From the NCBI GenBank assembly GCA_025594325.1, contig JANHCV010000004.1:434001-498000 (forward strand): a stretch of 64,000 nt of DNA, given 5' to 3'. Under the pieces are notes generated by a model. The model saw only the letters and a program-made list of their open reading frames with translations. It was not told the DNA's origin and made no database searches. Of this stretch, positions 12,901 to 24,062 are shown piece by piece (position 1 is the stretch's first letter; each line of letters begins with the position of its first letter). The stretch is from Blastocladiella emersonii ATCC 22665. Lineage: Eukaryota; Fungi; Blastocladiomycota. Position numbers and translations under genes: made by a program.

Positions 12901-13419
12901 ACGCTGGACTCGGGCTTGCACGGTCCTGCGACGCGTTTCGGGGTGCCGGTATGCGATCCGCTACAGGTACCTTCGACGTGACAAGAAGGTCGGATGGTTG
13001 TTGACGAGTTGCCGAGAGTAACTCGCGGCTTTTCCACGTGAGCGCGGTGCAGGATGGGAACCAGTTACTTCGCGGCGCGCCCAACAATGGAAGAGGGCGA
13101 TTTGGACGCGCACAACCGGTTGTACTGTCTGAGAGGTGCGAAGTGAACAGTTCCCCGATGCGGTGGTCAGTGGTCGCCCACCTTCCATTTGGTTTACCGC
13201 AGCTGCCAGCCTGACAGCGGAACAGTAAGGAGCTACGCCTTCACGACGCTCGCACCGCTCCTCCCACAGGGTCCCGATGCATCGGTTCGAGGAAACCAAC
13301 CTATCGCTCGCGGGGCCGCGTCCATGTCGCGGTCGCCCAGGGTGGGTCGGGCGAGAGTATAAGAGCTGTGCGGCCCCGCGCAACGTCTTGGTTTCCCTTG
13401 AACTTCCTTTACACCATCG

Positions 13420-14553
13420 ATGGATTCACTCAATGCAGGGCAGGATGCGGCTAACCGTCAAGCACAAGTCCCTCGACGTGGTACGCACGCTCGACGTCTC
13501 GGTCGCTCGCGAACACTGATAGGTCGCTGATGAATGACGGCCACCGCACGTACCGCACCACGCGAGTAGTGACGGACTCGGTGCTCGACGCGGTGGCCGG
13601 GCTGCACCGCGAGTACCCCGCCTACCGCTTCACGCTGGGCAAGCGCGGCGCGCTCGTCATCATGTCCGTGGACACGGGTGAGCGGCCGCGCAGCTGCGTG
13701 CACCCGACTTGCTCGGTCAACTTGTACGTCACCGCCCGTAAGAATGAGACTGGGTGCACTCTCACCGAAGTTGTTGCTCGTGTAGCAAGCGCTCGAACGA
13801 CCTCGCGCGGCACTTTCAGACGGCTCACGCGTCAGACACGCTACCGTTCCGCTGCGTGATGGGCTGCGGTCTTCGCACGAACCGACTGTACGTCTGCCCT
13901 TGCAGTTGAGCAGCTGCAACAACGCTAACTTCACGACCGCCATGACTAGGGATCACTTTGTCGAGCACCTCAAGCGCGACCTGCCGCGGTGCGCTTCGCC
14001 GCTGCTCGAGAATCTCGGAGCGGGCGCGAGCATGGACGAGGACGCGGCGTCCGTGGTTGCGCACATGTTTCCCGGCGCACAGCAGCCGGCCGCGGTATTG
14101 CGAGAGCGGCTTGCGGATCTTCTCGAGATTCGGTCTGAAGCTCGCGTTGCCGTTCCTCCGCCGCCGCCCGCGACCGCGCCGCAAATGATGCTTGGAGCAT
14201 CCGTGAACGGTTGGACGCGGGGGCCTCCTGCGGTCCATCATCACTTACCGGTGGTTGCAGGAAACACAATGAATGGACTCGGGTATACGGCGCCGACGCA
14301 GCCCTTCCTCCCTCCGCTGCCGATGCTCCCGCTCGAGTTCGTCCGTGGTCCCGCAAGTTCGCATCCGTTCGCGACGCCTCTCGAGGCGAGGCCGTTCGGC
14401 AGGTTCATTGGTCAGCAGCCACTCGAGGGCCCGATGGGCGCGCATCGTCGGCCCGCTGCGGCCCCCGTTACGGACACCGCGGCTGACGAGGCGTGGATGC
14501 TTGGCCTCGCGCAGCAGATTCAAGGGGGAGACAAGGGCAATGTGGGCAACTAG
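13420..14553 (+). CDS. C2H2 zinc-finger transcription factor B (~306 aa), paralog of A; exons 13420-13480, 13570(or 13567)-13723, 13786-13887, 13950-14553
   Basis: Spliced CVHPTCSVNF|KRSNDLARHFQTAH-ASDTLPF-RCVMGCGLRTNR L|DHFVEHL. It has the same intron phases (1,2,2) and positions as gene A, and a TATAAG at 13358-13363. Confidence 0.8.
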
Positions 14554-15054
14554 CTGATAGCGTTCGACGGCTTCATATACAGTCGCACTTTTTCAGCTCG
14601 CGTGTGCAGGGTTGGGATGCGAGGCTGAAGGGTCGCGGTGGTCACCGGCACGTGTGCGGTGCAGTCACGCGAGTGCTGCGGTGCGAGCGACGCGTCGCGT
14701 TTCGGCGCGGTCGTTGCTCCGATGCATCCGTCATCCCCGCGTTAACGAGGCCACTCCATGCATTTGTACCCGTATCGAAGCGCCGATCCGCCCAGGAGGC
14801 GACTCGCTCGTCGCACCGAGGTCGCCGCAAGGGCGCCGGTTCCCCTGACGAGAACAACACTCATTGTCCACATGGACGCGGCAAGCAGCTCAGTGCCACC
14901 ATTGAGTCGTACACGAAGGGAAAGCGGCGAGCACTCGCGCTGGAGCGGGAAGGCGGAATGAGGTCGGTCCCCGTTCTCGGTGCGCACTGTCCTGAAGAGG
15001 AAGGCGAGAACGGGCGGCAGCGCTGCTTCTCTGCGCCCGTCGCATCGAGGGCAC

Positions 15055-15060
15055 TATAAA
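15055..15060 (+). promoter_or_regulatory. TATA box upstream of the BK-like channel
   Basis: TATAAA about 60 nt before the ATG at 15122, in otherwise GC-rich sequence. Confidence 0.5.
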
Positions 15061-15121
15061 GCAGCTGCCCCCGTCATGATCCCCTCTCCCCGACACGCAA
15101 CTGGATGCAGCTGCCGCCGCC

Positions 15122-18100
15122 ATGTCGCACCCGCTGATCCCGCCGCTGCGGCGGTACCAGACCGTCGCGCGCATGCCCGCTGCGGCTGCCGACTCGGAGC
15201 CATCCTCGCCCGCATCCGACGACGTCCGCCTGCGCCACCTCTCGGCCCCGACCAGTGCTGCACTCGACGGCGTGCACTCGCCGCTGCTGCTCCGCCGGTC
15301 TCACGATGCACCCGCTGCTGCGACCGCCACATCGCCGTCGACGGCGCGCTTCACGGGCTCGTCGGCCGACTGGGACGGCGTCACCGTCACCGGCTCCACG
15401 CTCGGCTCGCCTGCAGCCGCCACGGGCTCGCACTCAGTCGCCATCCCACCGCCGATCGCCGAGCACTCTCTCGACCACGACGCCGAGCACGTCGACGTCG
15501 GCCTCGACGCGGCGTTCGCCGTGCCGCACCGCTCGCAGCGCAAGTACTCGCTCGCGCGCCTGCTCGACCGCGTCCACGAGCGCGTTTTCGGCGCCCGCCC
15601 GCGCTACCAGTCCTACAACGTGGCCCGCTACGCCTACGAGGAGGCCCGCCGCGCCGCCCGCCTTCGTGACGCGGCGACAACGGGCGACCGTGGTGGCGGT
15701 TCGCACCGCGGGTGGTGGAAGGAGCGCCTCCGCGACCACGCCGTGCCGAGCGAGACGGTCGCCGCCCTCTTTGCCAGCGCGCGCTTCCGCGTCGCCGTCG
15801 TGACCGCCGCCTTCCTCGTCGACCTGTGCCTCGTGTGCCTCTACGTCGTCGAGATGATCTACGTCGAGTCGGTTTTGGGGAGCGACGCCCGCACCCGCGC
15901 ATTCAACGACCTCGACCTCGAGCCCGTCTGGCTGTGGACGCCGCGGCCCGTCTCCGTCTACTGGGCCGCTCTTGGTACGCATTCTCACTCGCCCACTACT
16001 CGTGACGACCGAGCACTGACGACCACCCCCAAAAGCGCTCGAGATGTTCAACCTCGGCTACGCCGTCGTCACCTTCCTCGTGTCCATGAGCATCCACGCG
16101 CTCTCGGCGCAGGGCTACTCGCCGCTCGACCTCGTCACGTCGTTCCCCTTCTTTGTCTCGCTGTTTTTGCGAGAAGGCCGCTTCCTCTACATCCCGTACT
16201 TCCTCCGGTCGATCCGCCTCATCCCGCGCATGCGCCGCCTCATCTTCATTCGCGACGAGGTCGCCGGCGGGTCCGCCGTCGCCGTGTCGGTCCCCGCCCA
16301 CACGCACCAGACCCAGCTCACGCTGCTGCTCGTCCGCCTCGCCAACATCGTCTTCGTCACCACCTGCGCCGTGCACTACACGGAGCTCGTGTTTGGCGCG
16401 ACCCCGATCAGCCTGTTCGAGGCCCTGTACATGACGGTGGTCACGATCACCACGGTCGGGTACGGCGACGTGACCGTCAAGAACGCCGCCGGCCGCGTTG
16501 TCATCATCTTTGCCATCCTGCTCTCGTTTGTCACGATCCCGGCCATTGCGTCGTCGTTCATGGACAAGGTGCGCGCGTACCGCGAGGGCGGCGGGTCGTA
16601 CTCGTCTTCGTCCGCCATACCGCACGTCGTCGTGGTCGGCAACGTGTCGAGCGCGAGCGTGTTCATGTCGCTGCTGCACGCCTTTTTCCACTCGGAGAAC
16701 GCCATCCCGCTGCGCGTCGTCATGCTGACGCGGCACGCGCCGTCGGCCGAGGTGCGCGCGCTCATGGGCTCGCCCGCCTTCCGCGGCCGCGTCTTCTACC
16801 TCGTCGGGTCGGCCCTCGACCCGGTCCACCTGCAGCGCGCGCGCGTCCGCGACGCCCAGGCCGTCTTCTTCCTGGCCGACACGGGCTCGTCGGCGACCGG
16901 CGGGTACCACGACACGCACGTCGAGGGCGCCGAGACCGAGGACGAGCGCAACGTGGTCCGCGTGTGGTCGGTCGCCCGGTACGCGCCGCGCGTCGACCTG
17001 TACGTGTACGTGCAGCGGCCCGAGTACGAGCGGTACCACGCGGCGCGCGCCAACGAGGTCGTGTGCGTGCAGGACCTCAAGCAGGCGCTGCTCGCCTCGA
17101 ACCTCGTCTCGCGCGGCGTCGCCACGCTGTTCACCAACCTCATCAACAACGCGACGCCGCTGCAGGACTACTCGCGGCCGTGGCTGGTCCAGTACGGCGA
17201 CGGGCTCGGCCAGGAGGTGTACAAGCTCGGCGTGCCTGCACCCCTCGTCGGGATGCGGTTCCACCGCGCTGCCGCGTATCTTTTCGCCGAGTTCCAGGTC
17301 ACGGCGATTGCACTCCGCGCGCCGCTTCGGGATGGTGCGGGCAAGGTGCGCGACGGACACGTCCTGCTCAACCCGGCCGCCGACTGTTCATTGTTTGGGG
17401 ATGACGAGCTCGTGTGCATTGCGCAGTCGCCGCGCGAGATTGCGCTCGTCGAGTCGCTCGACCACGCCCAGTTTGCCGCCTCGAAAGCGCAGTACCCGTC
17501 GCTCTTTTCGGAAATCAAGGACGAGCGCTCCATCACGCCCATCAGCCTGCGCACCAACTCGGCCATGACTGGCGGCGGTCTCCCCGGGTCGCAGCGCGTC
17601 GACTACCGCCACACGATCCCGGCGACGGCCGAGTCGTTTGTGATCGGGCAGCCGCCGTCGCCGTTCACGACCGACCCCAACAAGATCCCCGACTGCCACC
17701 TCGACCCGCGCCCGCCGCGCCGCATCGAGGACGTGACCATCACCTCGCTTGCCGAGACGGACCCGCGCGGGAACGGCCACGTCGTGGTCATTGCGCCCGA
17801 CGCGCACCTGTTCCGGTTCCTGTGCACGCTGCGCGCCGCACACATCCCCGCCGCCGACCTGCGCTGGGTCGTCGTCGTTGTGCCCTCGCTCCCCCAACCC
17901 GACGATTTCCGGTTCCTCGCGCCGTTCCCGCGCGTGCTGTACATGCAGGGCAACGCGCGCCGGCGCCGCGACCTGCTGCGCGCCAACATCCCCGCCGCAT
18001 CGCGCATCGTGATCCTCGCGCACCGCGCCAGCGACGACCCGGCGTTCGTCGACCTGCAGGCGATCCTGATCCGGCACCTCGCCATGGCCACGGCGGCCCG

Positions 18101-19151
18101 GTTCGCGCCACCCGCGATGGCGGGCCGCCCGCCCGCGTACACCATGGTCGAGCTGTGCGAGTCGGCCAGCATCAACCTGCTCGCGCCGTCCAACGACCTC
18201 GTCCACCAGCACGCGTCGACGGGTCGGCAGTCTCCGCCTCCATCTCATCCGCCGCGGCTCGAGAAGATGCCGCAGGACTCGCGCGAGACGCTCGTCGTCA
18301 CGAGTCTCGAGAAGAGCGGCGGTAAGGAGGCGGCGGCCATGCAGGTGAACGAGCGCCCGCCGATCCCGACCTCGCTCACGGCCACGCGCCACCAGCGCCG
18401 CCTCGGCCTGTCGCTCGCCGAGAAGCTCAAGCGCAAGCGCGCCAAGCTGCTGCGCCGCGGCGGTAGCGGCTCGAGTCCCGCGGACGACTCGGATAGCGAC
18501 GACGACGACGGTGCGCGGGTCCGTGACGGCGACCGTGCCGCGGCGCGCGAGTTCGGCACCGAGATCGGGTACCCGGTCCCGCCGCCGCGCCTACGCGTCT
18601 TCTACGACCCACACTTCGCGTCGGGCGAGGCCTTTTGCGGCGACCTGCTCAACACGGTCCTGGTGCAGCACCTCATCAACCCGACCATCCTCGACCTCGC
18701 GCGGCTGTTTGCAGGTGTGCGCAACCGCGCTGACCGGCTCGTTTCCCACACGCTGCGCGTGCGGCCGTCGTTCCTGTCGACGGTCGAGCTGCCCGCGGGC
18801 TACGCGGGCCGCACGTACCGCGACCTGTTCATGGACCTCGCCGCGGGCGCGGGCGTCGTGCCGATCGGCCTGTACCGCGCGCCAAGCACCGAGCTCGGCA
18901 ACGCGCACTGGTTCGTGTACACGGCGCCGCACCCGGACGTGGTGCTGCTCGCAACCGACCTCGTGTACGTGCTATCGCAGGCCGACAAGGTGGCGAGCCC
19001 CGAGCCGCAACAGCCGCAGGTGCCGCGCGACGTCGAGCCCGTCTCCGACTACGGCGGGATCACGGACGACGACGAGGAGGCCGAGGAGGAGTTTGACTCG
19101 GCCAAGAGCGAGCAGCCGCGCGACGAGCGCCGCAATGTCTTCTTCCGGTAA
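15122..19151 (+). CDS. Slo/BK-family K+ channel with tandem RCK domains (~1322 aa); exons 15122-15974 and 16036-19151
   Basis: Multiple TM helices, pore filter TITTVGYGD, S4-like YFLRSIRLIPRMRR, RCK motifs (PHVVVVG; YLVGSALDPVHLQRARV; QGNARRRRDLLRANI) and FASGEAF. A 61-nt intron (GTACGC...CTGAC...AAG) joins the two long ORFs in frame. Confidence 0.92.
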
Positions 19152-19153
19152 CG

Positions 19154-21943
19154 GTGTCGCGCAGCAAAAGTCTCTATACACCTAGGTTTTGGTTCTTTTT
19201 GAGCGCTCCTGAGCGAAAGTGTTCCCTATAAACGCTGGCAGTTGCTCATCGACGCGGTCGAGTCTCATCGTTCACATCTGCAAGTGAAATTAGCCGGCAG
19301 TTCGACGTCGCAATTCATCTCATCTGCGTACAGGAAGCGACGGGACGAGTAGGTGCGCTACGCGTCTCGTTGCTCGCCGTACCGTTGGGCGGACTCCAGG
19401 TCAGCCGCTGAGACAAGTCCCGGCGCTCGCGCCTCGCTTCAGGGCGGGCGACGCGGAACGAGTACAGCTTGACCGTGAAGCAACGACACGACCGTTCCCG
19501 CGCACGGAACCGACTTTGACGGCTCACGCGCGGTACAGGACACGTCCGTGGTGCGGCGCCCTGAGACCGTTTACTGCGAGTGCGGACCGAGTCCGTTCCC
19601 CTTACGGCACACATTAAACGACCGCGCACAACGCAGGCCTGAACCAATCAAGAGAGGCCCAGCGCAGTCTGTTCGGCACTGTCGCCGCATCGCCAACTCC
19701 GCGCTGCAAGGTGTGCCTTGCGACGCTGCGTTGCTACGCTGGCGGCGGCGCGAGACCCGGCGCACTCCTGCCGTCGACGACGCCAGCGGCAGAAACGCCC
19801 TCCGTCCGCTCCAGCCACCCTCAAGGTCCGTATGGGATGAAGGAAGGGAGCAGGCATGGCCTGACAACCTCACGAACCCTCCGGAGTCCCGTGGCGACCA
19901 CCGCAGCCCGCACGGACGAGGTCCCGTCGACGTCGTCAAACCGAGCGCCGTGGAAGCGTCCCTGAAGAGGATTCCATTCCATTGCATCGGGTTCCCGTCG
20001 CCGCATGGCATACTGTATTCATTGCGGTACGGCGGTTGGTGAGCGGGGGTCGGCGTCCAAGAGCGGCGGCGCTCAAGAAAGTCAAGAAAGAGGCCCGACC
20101 TCGGCGCCCCCCTCTCCTTCAACGCAACACAACAACCATCACCCTGCCATGGATCTCGCCGACGAACTCACCCACTTTGCGCTCTCGCCTCGCGGCGCCG
20201 CCGTGATCACAACGGCGCTCGCCTCCGTTTTCGCGCTCCTCGTGGCGGCCCCCGCGGCGCCGTTCGAGACGGCCTCGATGCTGACGCTCGCCGAGTACCG
20301 CCCGACGTGCGAGGACAAGGAGGAGGACGAGGTCTCCTCGGAGAAGACGCACCCAGTCATGACGACGGCGGGCGGGTACTGGTTGACGCTGCGCACCGTC
20401 TACTCGCGGCTCGGGTACCGCCGCGGCCTCAACCGCGCGCTGCCCGGGTTCGCCGCCGACGTTGCCACGTCTCTCGCGGCCGAGCTGATCCCCGTCACCG
20501 AGACGATCGCACCGTTCCTCGGGATCGCCGCCGATACCGCCGCCGAGCTCGAGCTCGAGCTCAACACGGTCGCTGGTGCGGCACTCGCGCTCACGACGCG
20601 CTCCGTGCAGGGCGCGATCCACACGTTCGCGTTTGCGCCACTCGTCGTCGCCAACGTCCGCCGCATCGTCGCTGTTCAGCCCAAGGGCCTCTTCGCGACG
20701 GCCCGCGACCACATCCGCGCCGACCGGCCGTACTCGCGCGCGCACGGCGCGATCGCGCTCCCGCTCCTCGCGCGCTTCGTGCTGCCGACGGCGACCAACA
20801 TTGTGCATGCATGCCTGCGGCCGCTTGTGCTTTCGGCCGACCGCCCCGTGGACGCGTGGCAGCTCGCGCGCCTGTTCGGTCTGACGCTCGCCGTCGAGTC
20901 GGCGTCGTGCCTCATCGACCTGCCACTGCAGATGGCCGTCGTGCGGCTCTCGCTCGATCCCGCCGCCGAGTCAGTGGTGCGCACGCGCAAGATCGAGTAC
21001 CCCGAGGACGCGGCCGCGTGTTTGGAAGTTGTGGTCCGCGAGGAGGGCGGGTCGGTCCGCGATGCGCTGTGGCAGCGCCTGATGCGGACCGTGTACCGCA
21101 CGCTCGCCGTCGAGGTCGCGACGTCCGTGGTGCTGGCCGCGATCGAGGTCGTGAGCTTCGAGTGACAGTGAAATTAATGGACAGAGCATGCGTTCAAACA
21201 TTCTCGTGACCCAGTCGTCGCGATTCCGCGGTCGTAGCGGAGGCGGCATCACGCGCGCACAGGTCGGACAGTGTGGTCAAGGCTTCAGAGGCGCCCAACA
21301 GCCTCAACGAGTTGCTTTGTAACACAAGGCATGCGACCGGCTCGATTACCTCGGCCACACGTTCGTGTGCTTGGACAGCGAGAAGGCGACGTTGAGCATG
21401 GGCCGCGCGCTGCAAAGCTCTCGCGCGGACACCTCGCACATAGCGCAGAGCTTGCGCAGCTGACCAGCCCGGGCGTTTTCTTGAGGAGAAATGCGCGATT
21501 TCGATAGAGTGGGTGTTAGTTTTCGCAATACCTCAACAACGAGACAGCCGTCCGTATCCGTCGCCAAGCTCAACCTGCTGCTGAGCAACAGTACTCGGCC
21601 GATTTCGTGTCAACGAGACACGGCCCTCACTCTCACAACGCTTGATGGTTACAAAGTCCTCGCTACATTCGTGGCCTGGACTGGACTGGACTGGTCCTTC
21701 CTTGAAGCGGTCCACGAAGCGTGAAAGCGGTCACGGCGCCCTCGCGTCACGACCCACCTGGCGGAATCGCTCTCTCGCTCTCTATTGGCTTGCTGGTCGA
21801 CACGGAAAACTCTCGACGCCTGGTTCGCGCACGTTGGTGATGCAGCTGGGTGATGCCAACCGGGAGATCTGATCTCGAGCGGGGTGGCGCAACGCGTCGG
21901 GTGCGAGACACACGTGATATTGCGACGCGTCTCGCGTCTCCCG
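19154..21943 (+). repeat. Left arm of a 2,790-bp inverted duplication
   Basis: Reverse complement of 30612-33401. Every paired ORF has an identical translation and mirrored coordinates sum to 52555, so there are no indels. Confidence 0.97.
20149..21165 (+). CDS. Divergent mitochondrial carrier-fold protein (Ugo1/SLC25A46- or MTCH-like), copy 1, 338 aa, intronless
   Basis: Degenerate carrier signatures PFETASML, YWLTLRTVYSRLGYRRGL, DLPLQMAVVRL and YPEDAAACLEVVVREEGG. First ATG is at 20149 and codon usage is GC3-rich. Confidence 0.6.
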   Translation: MDLADELTHFALSPRGAAVITTALASVFALLVAAPAAPFETASMLTLAEYRPTCEDKEEDEVSSEKTHPVMTTAGGYWLTLRTVYSRLGYRRGLNRALPGFAADVATSLAAELIPVTETIAPFLGIAADTAAELELELNTVAGAALALTTRSVQGAIHTFAFAPLVVANVRRIVAVQPKGLFATARDHIRADRPYSRAHGAIALPLLARFVLPTATNIVHACLRPLVLSADRPVDAWQLARLFGLTLAVESASCLIDLPLQMAVVRLSLDPAAESVVRTRKIEYPEDAAACLEVVVREEGGSVRDALWQRLMRTVYRTLAVEVATSVVLAAIEVVSFE

Positions 21944-22779
21944 AACCACCGCCGCCGTTGATGCTCTTGTTCAACCAGTTGAGAGAAAAAGGGCGTGAAA
22001 AGCAGCTGCCGGCGGCGTTCTAAACACCAAAAAAGTGAATGCGCGGTTGTTGGATCCGCAATCTGCACGGCCGTGGCGAGTCTCCTATCACAGCGACTCG
22101 GGCGAGGATCGGAGGCCAGTTGATCCCGTCAGAATCGAACCTCCCGCCGGAGTGCCGTTCATGTCATGTCAGGGCTTCCTCGACCGCTTGAGTGGCATCC
22201 ACTTCGAGGACACTCGCTCGACCTCGGTCAAGGACGCATTCCCGCCGGCCTCCGGCGACACGTATCAATCAGGGCAGGCACGCCTTGTTCGACGCGGTAA
22301 GGGAGGGCAAGATACAAGCTGAATGAGAAATCACGCCTGAATGGAGTGAGCTGCGTGGGAGATCATGGCCGCGAAAGGTGTGGTAGGCACGACGGATCTA
22401 TTTGAATGCTCGCAGCTGCAGCGCTTAACGGTCAGTGACCACTCGGGTCATAACATTAGCAACGTAGATTTGAACTCGTCCCCAAGTTGTACTCCCTGCC
22501 GCGGACCATAGCCAATGCTGCGACATGCCGCGCACGCAGGCACGAGCACGAGCGCAGATGGCGTTGCCACCCATCGGCCACCCACCGCCGCGCAAGTCCG
22601 CACATCAAAGCCGAAAAACTCGTCAGTGATGGGCGACACGAGCGAAGAGAAGGGCACCTAGACGTGGGCAGTGGCCCAGCAACGTCGTAGAATGGATATA
22701 ACTGTTATCTTCCTCGTCCAAATCGGTCGTTTGTGCGATAAACTAGCAGGTGACGGTCGGCGACCGGCCGCGGCAGTGC

Positions 22780-22872
22780 AATCAGGAATCAAAGGTTGAA
22801 ATCAACGAAGGCGAGAGACCCGCCGGGTCCTCTGGTTCATCTGAAACACGGATATGAATTGAAGTCATCAGG
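22780..22872 (-). ncRNA. snR18: U18/snR18-like box C/D snoRNA
   Basis: Box C TGATGA (22870-22865); guide TCCGTGTTT (22852-22844), complementary to the conserved LSU rRNA segment UUGAAACACGGA; D' CAGA; C' TTGATT (22805-22800); box D CTGA (22785-22782). This is the same element order as recalled U18 sequences. Confidence 0.75.
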
Positions 22873-23055
22873 TACGCCGCAGCGCGGTCGAGCCCAGAAA
22901 GTAGCAGGTGAAGAAATGCGGGTGTGCTGCCTCAGTTGGTAGTGCATGTTTGTTTGTAATCAAAGTATTCAGTGATCTTGGTGAAACAGTATAATCAGCG
23001 GCCAGCAGGACATAAACCGATTAGCAATGTAGGGTTACAAGGGAAAGGGAAGAAA

Positions 23056-23617
23056 GTTCGCTCAGACATCCAAGGAAGGTCACGATGTGCCATCAGCGAG
23101 CCGGTCGCAGCCTCCCCACGAGCAGCGCCAGTCAACCTTCCCCCACCTCGACCCGAACACACCTTGCCCGACCCAAGCGTTCCTGTTTCTCCCAGCGCTT
23201 TCGCCCACAACGACCCCAGAGACGCGGACGAGACTGACTTCACAAACGGCAGCACGACCAGGACCGGACCCCGTGAAGGGAACAGTACTTGAGACCGATC
23301 GCGCTGTACGCTATGAACATCAGGCCACCACACGCCGACAAGGCCGAAGGGAACGCCGGGCAGGAACGAGTAGGGCGAACAAGGGGATGGAGAGGGGATG
23401 AGGGCATGGTCGAGAGGTACCAGTGTGGACGGCAGGCACTCCTGCCACACGACGCATGTTCGGCAGAATGGGTTTAGCGTACTGGTGCGTGTGGGTGCCG
23501 CTGCCGATCCGAGACCGTCACGGCAGGGCGCGGAGAGCCCGCCTGGAGGCCGGGACACAACAGAGGACTCTACGGTGGAAACTGCGAAGTTGATATGGAA
23601 ACTTCATCAGCGCGAAC
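23056..23617 (-). ncRNA. snR128: U14/snR128 box C/D snoRNA, greatly expanded (562 nt)
   Basis: Terminal stem GTTCGC/GCGAAC; box C TGATGA (23609-23604); domain A TTCGCAGTTTCCACCGTAG (23588-23570); Y-domain-like AGTACGCTAAACCCAT (23483-23468); domain B ACCTTCCTTGGATGT (23080-23066), complementary to 18S ACAUCCAAGGAAGG; box D CTGA (23065-23062). Confidence 0.9.
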
Positions 23618-23828
23618 GGGTGGGCGTCGCCTCCTCGAGCAAGAGAGGGTAGGGAAGGGAGAGGAGGGGTGGGAGTGGTCGTCGAGGCGCGGTTGTCGAG
23701 TTGTCGATGGCGAGGGCGAGGCGAGCGTGCTGAGAGACGACGGGCAGAATGCAGCAACGGTGGTGAGGGTGGAGTAGGCTGCATGGAGCAGCGTGCCGAG
23801 CAAGAGATGGGAGTGGGCCGAGTGATCG

Positions 23829-23835
23829 TTTTATG
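23829..23835 (-). promoter_or_regulatory. TATA-like element (CATAAAA) of the putative snoRNA host transcript
   Basis: AT-rich box about 210 nt upstream of U14 box C and just downstream of the RanBPM 3' end. Confidence 0.35.
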
Positions 23836-24062
23836 GCGGCGGCCGAGCGCACTCATCGACCGCGAAGTGGAACGTGTTTGGGCCGTGTCAAGTGACCGCA
23901 GCTGACCCGTCGCGAGGTGGATTTTCCTTGAGCTTCGCTCACTTTCACCTCACCACTTCGCATCGCAGCTGAGCCACCACCTCCACCGACGACCACCTCG
24001 AAAGAAGGAAACTGGGGTGATATAGTTACTCTCGCACGCACAAAACAAACTGCTTTCCGCCG

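Noticed and set aside
10200-13300. Several 60-240 aa ORFs in the spacer between the zinc-finger genes
   Set aside because: No motifs, atypical codon usage and no consistent splice model; treated as regulatory or decayed sequence.
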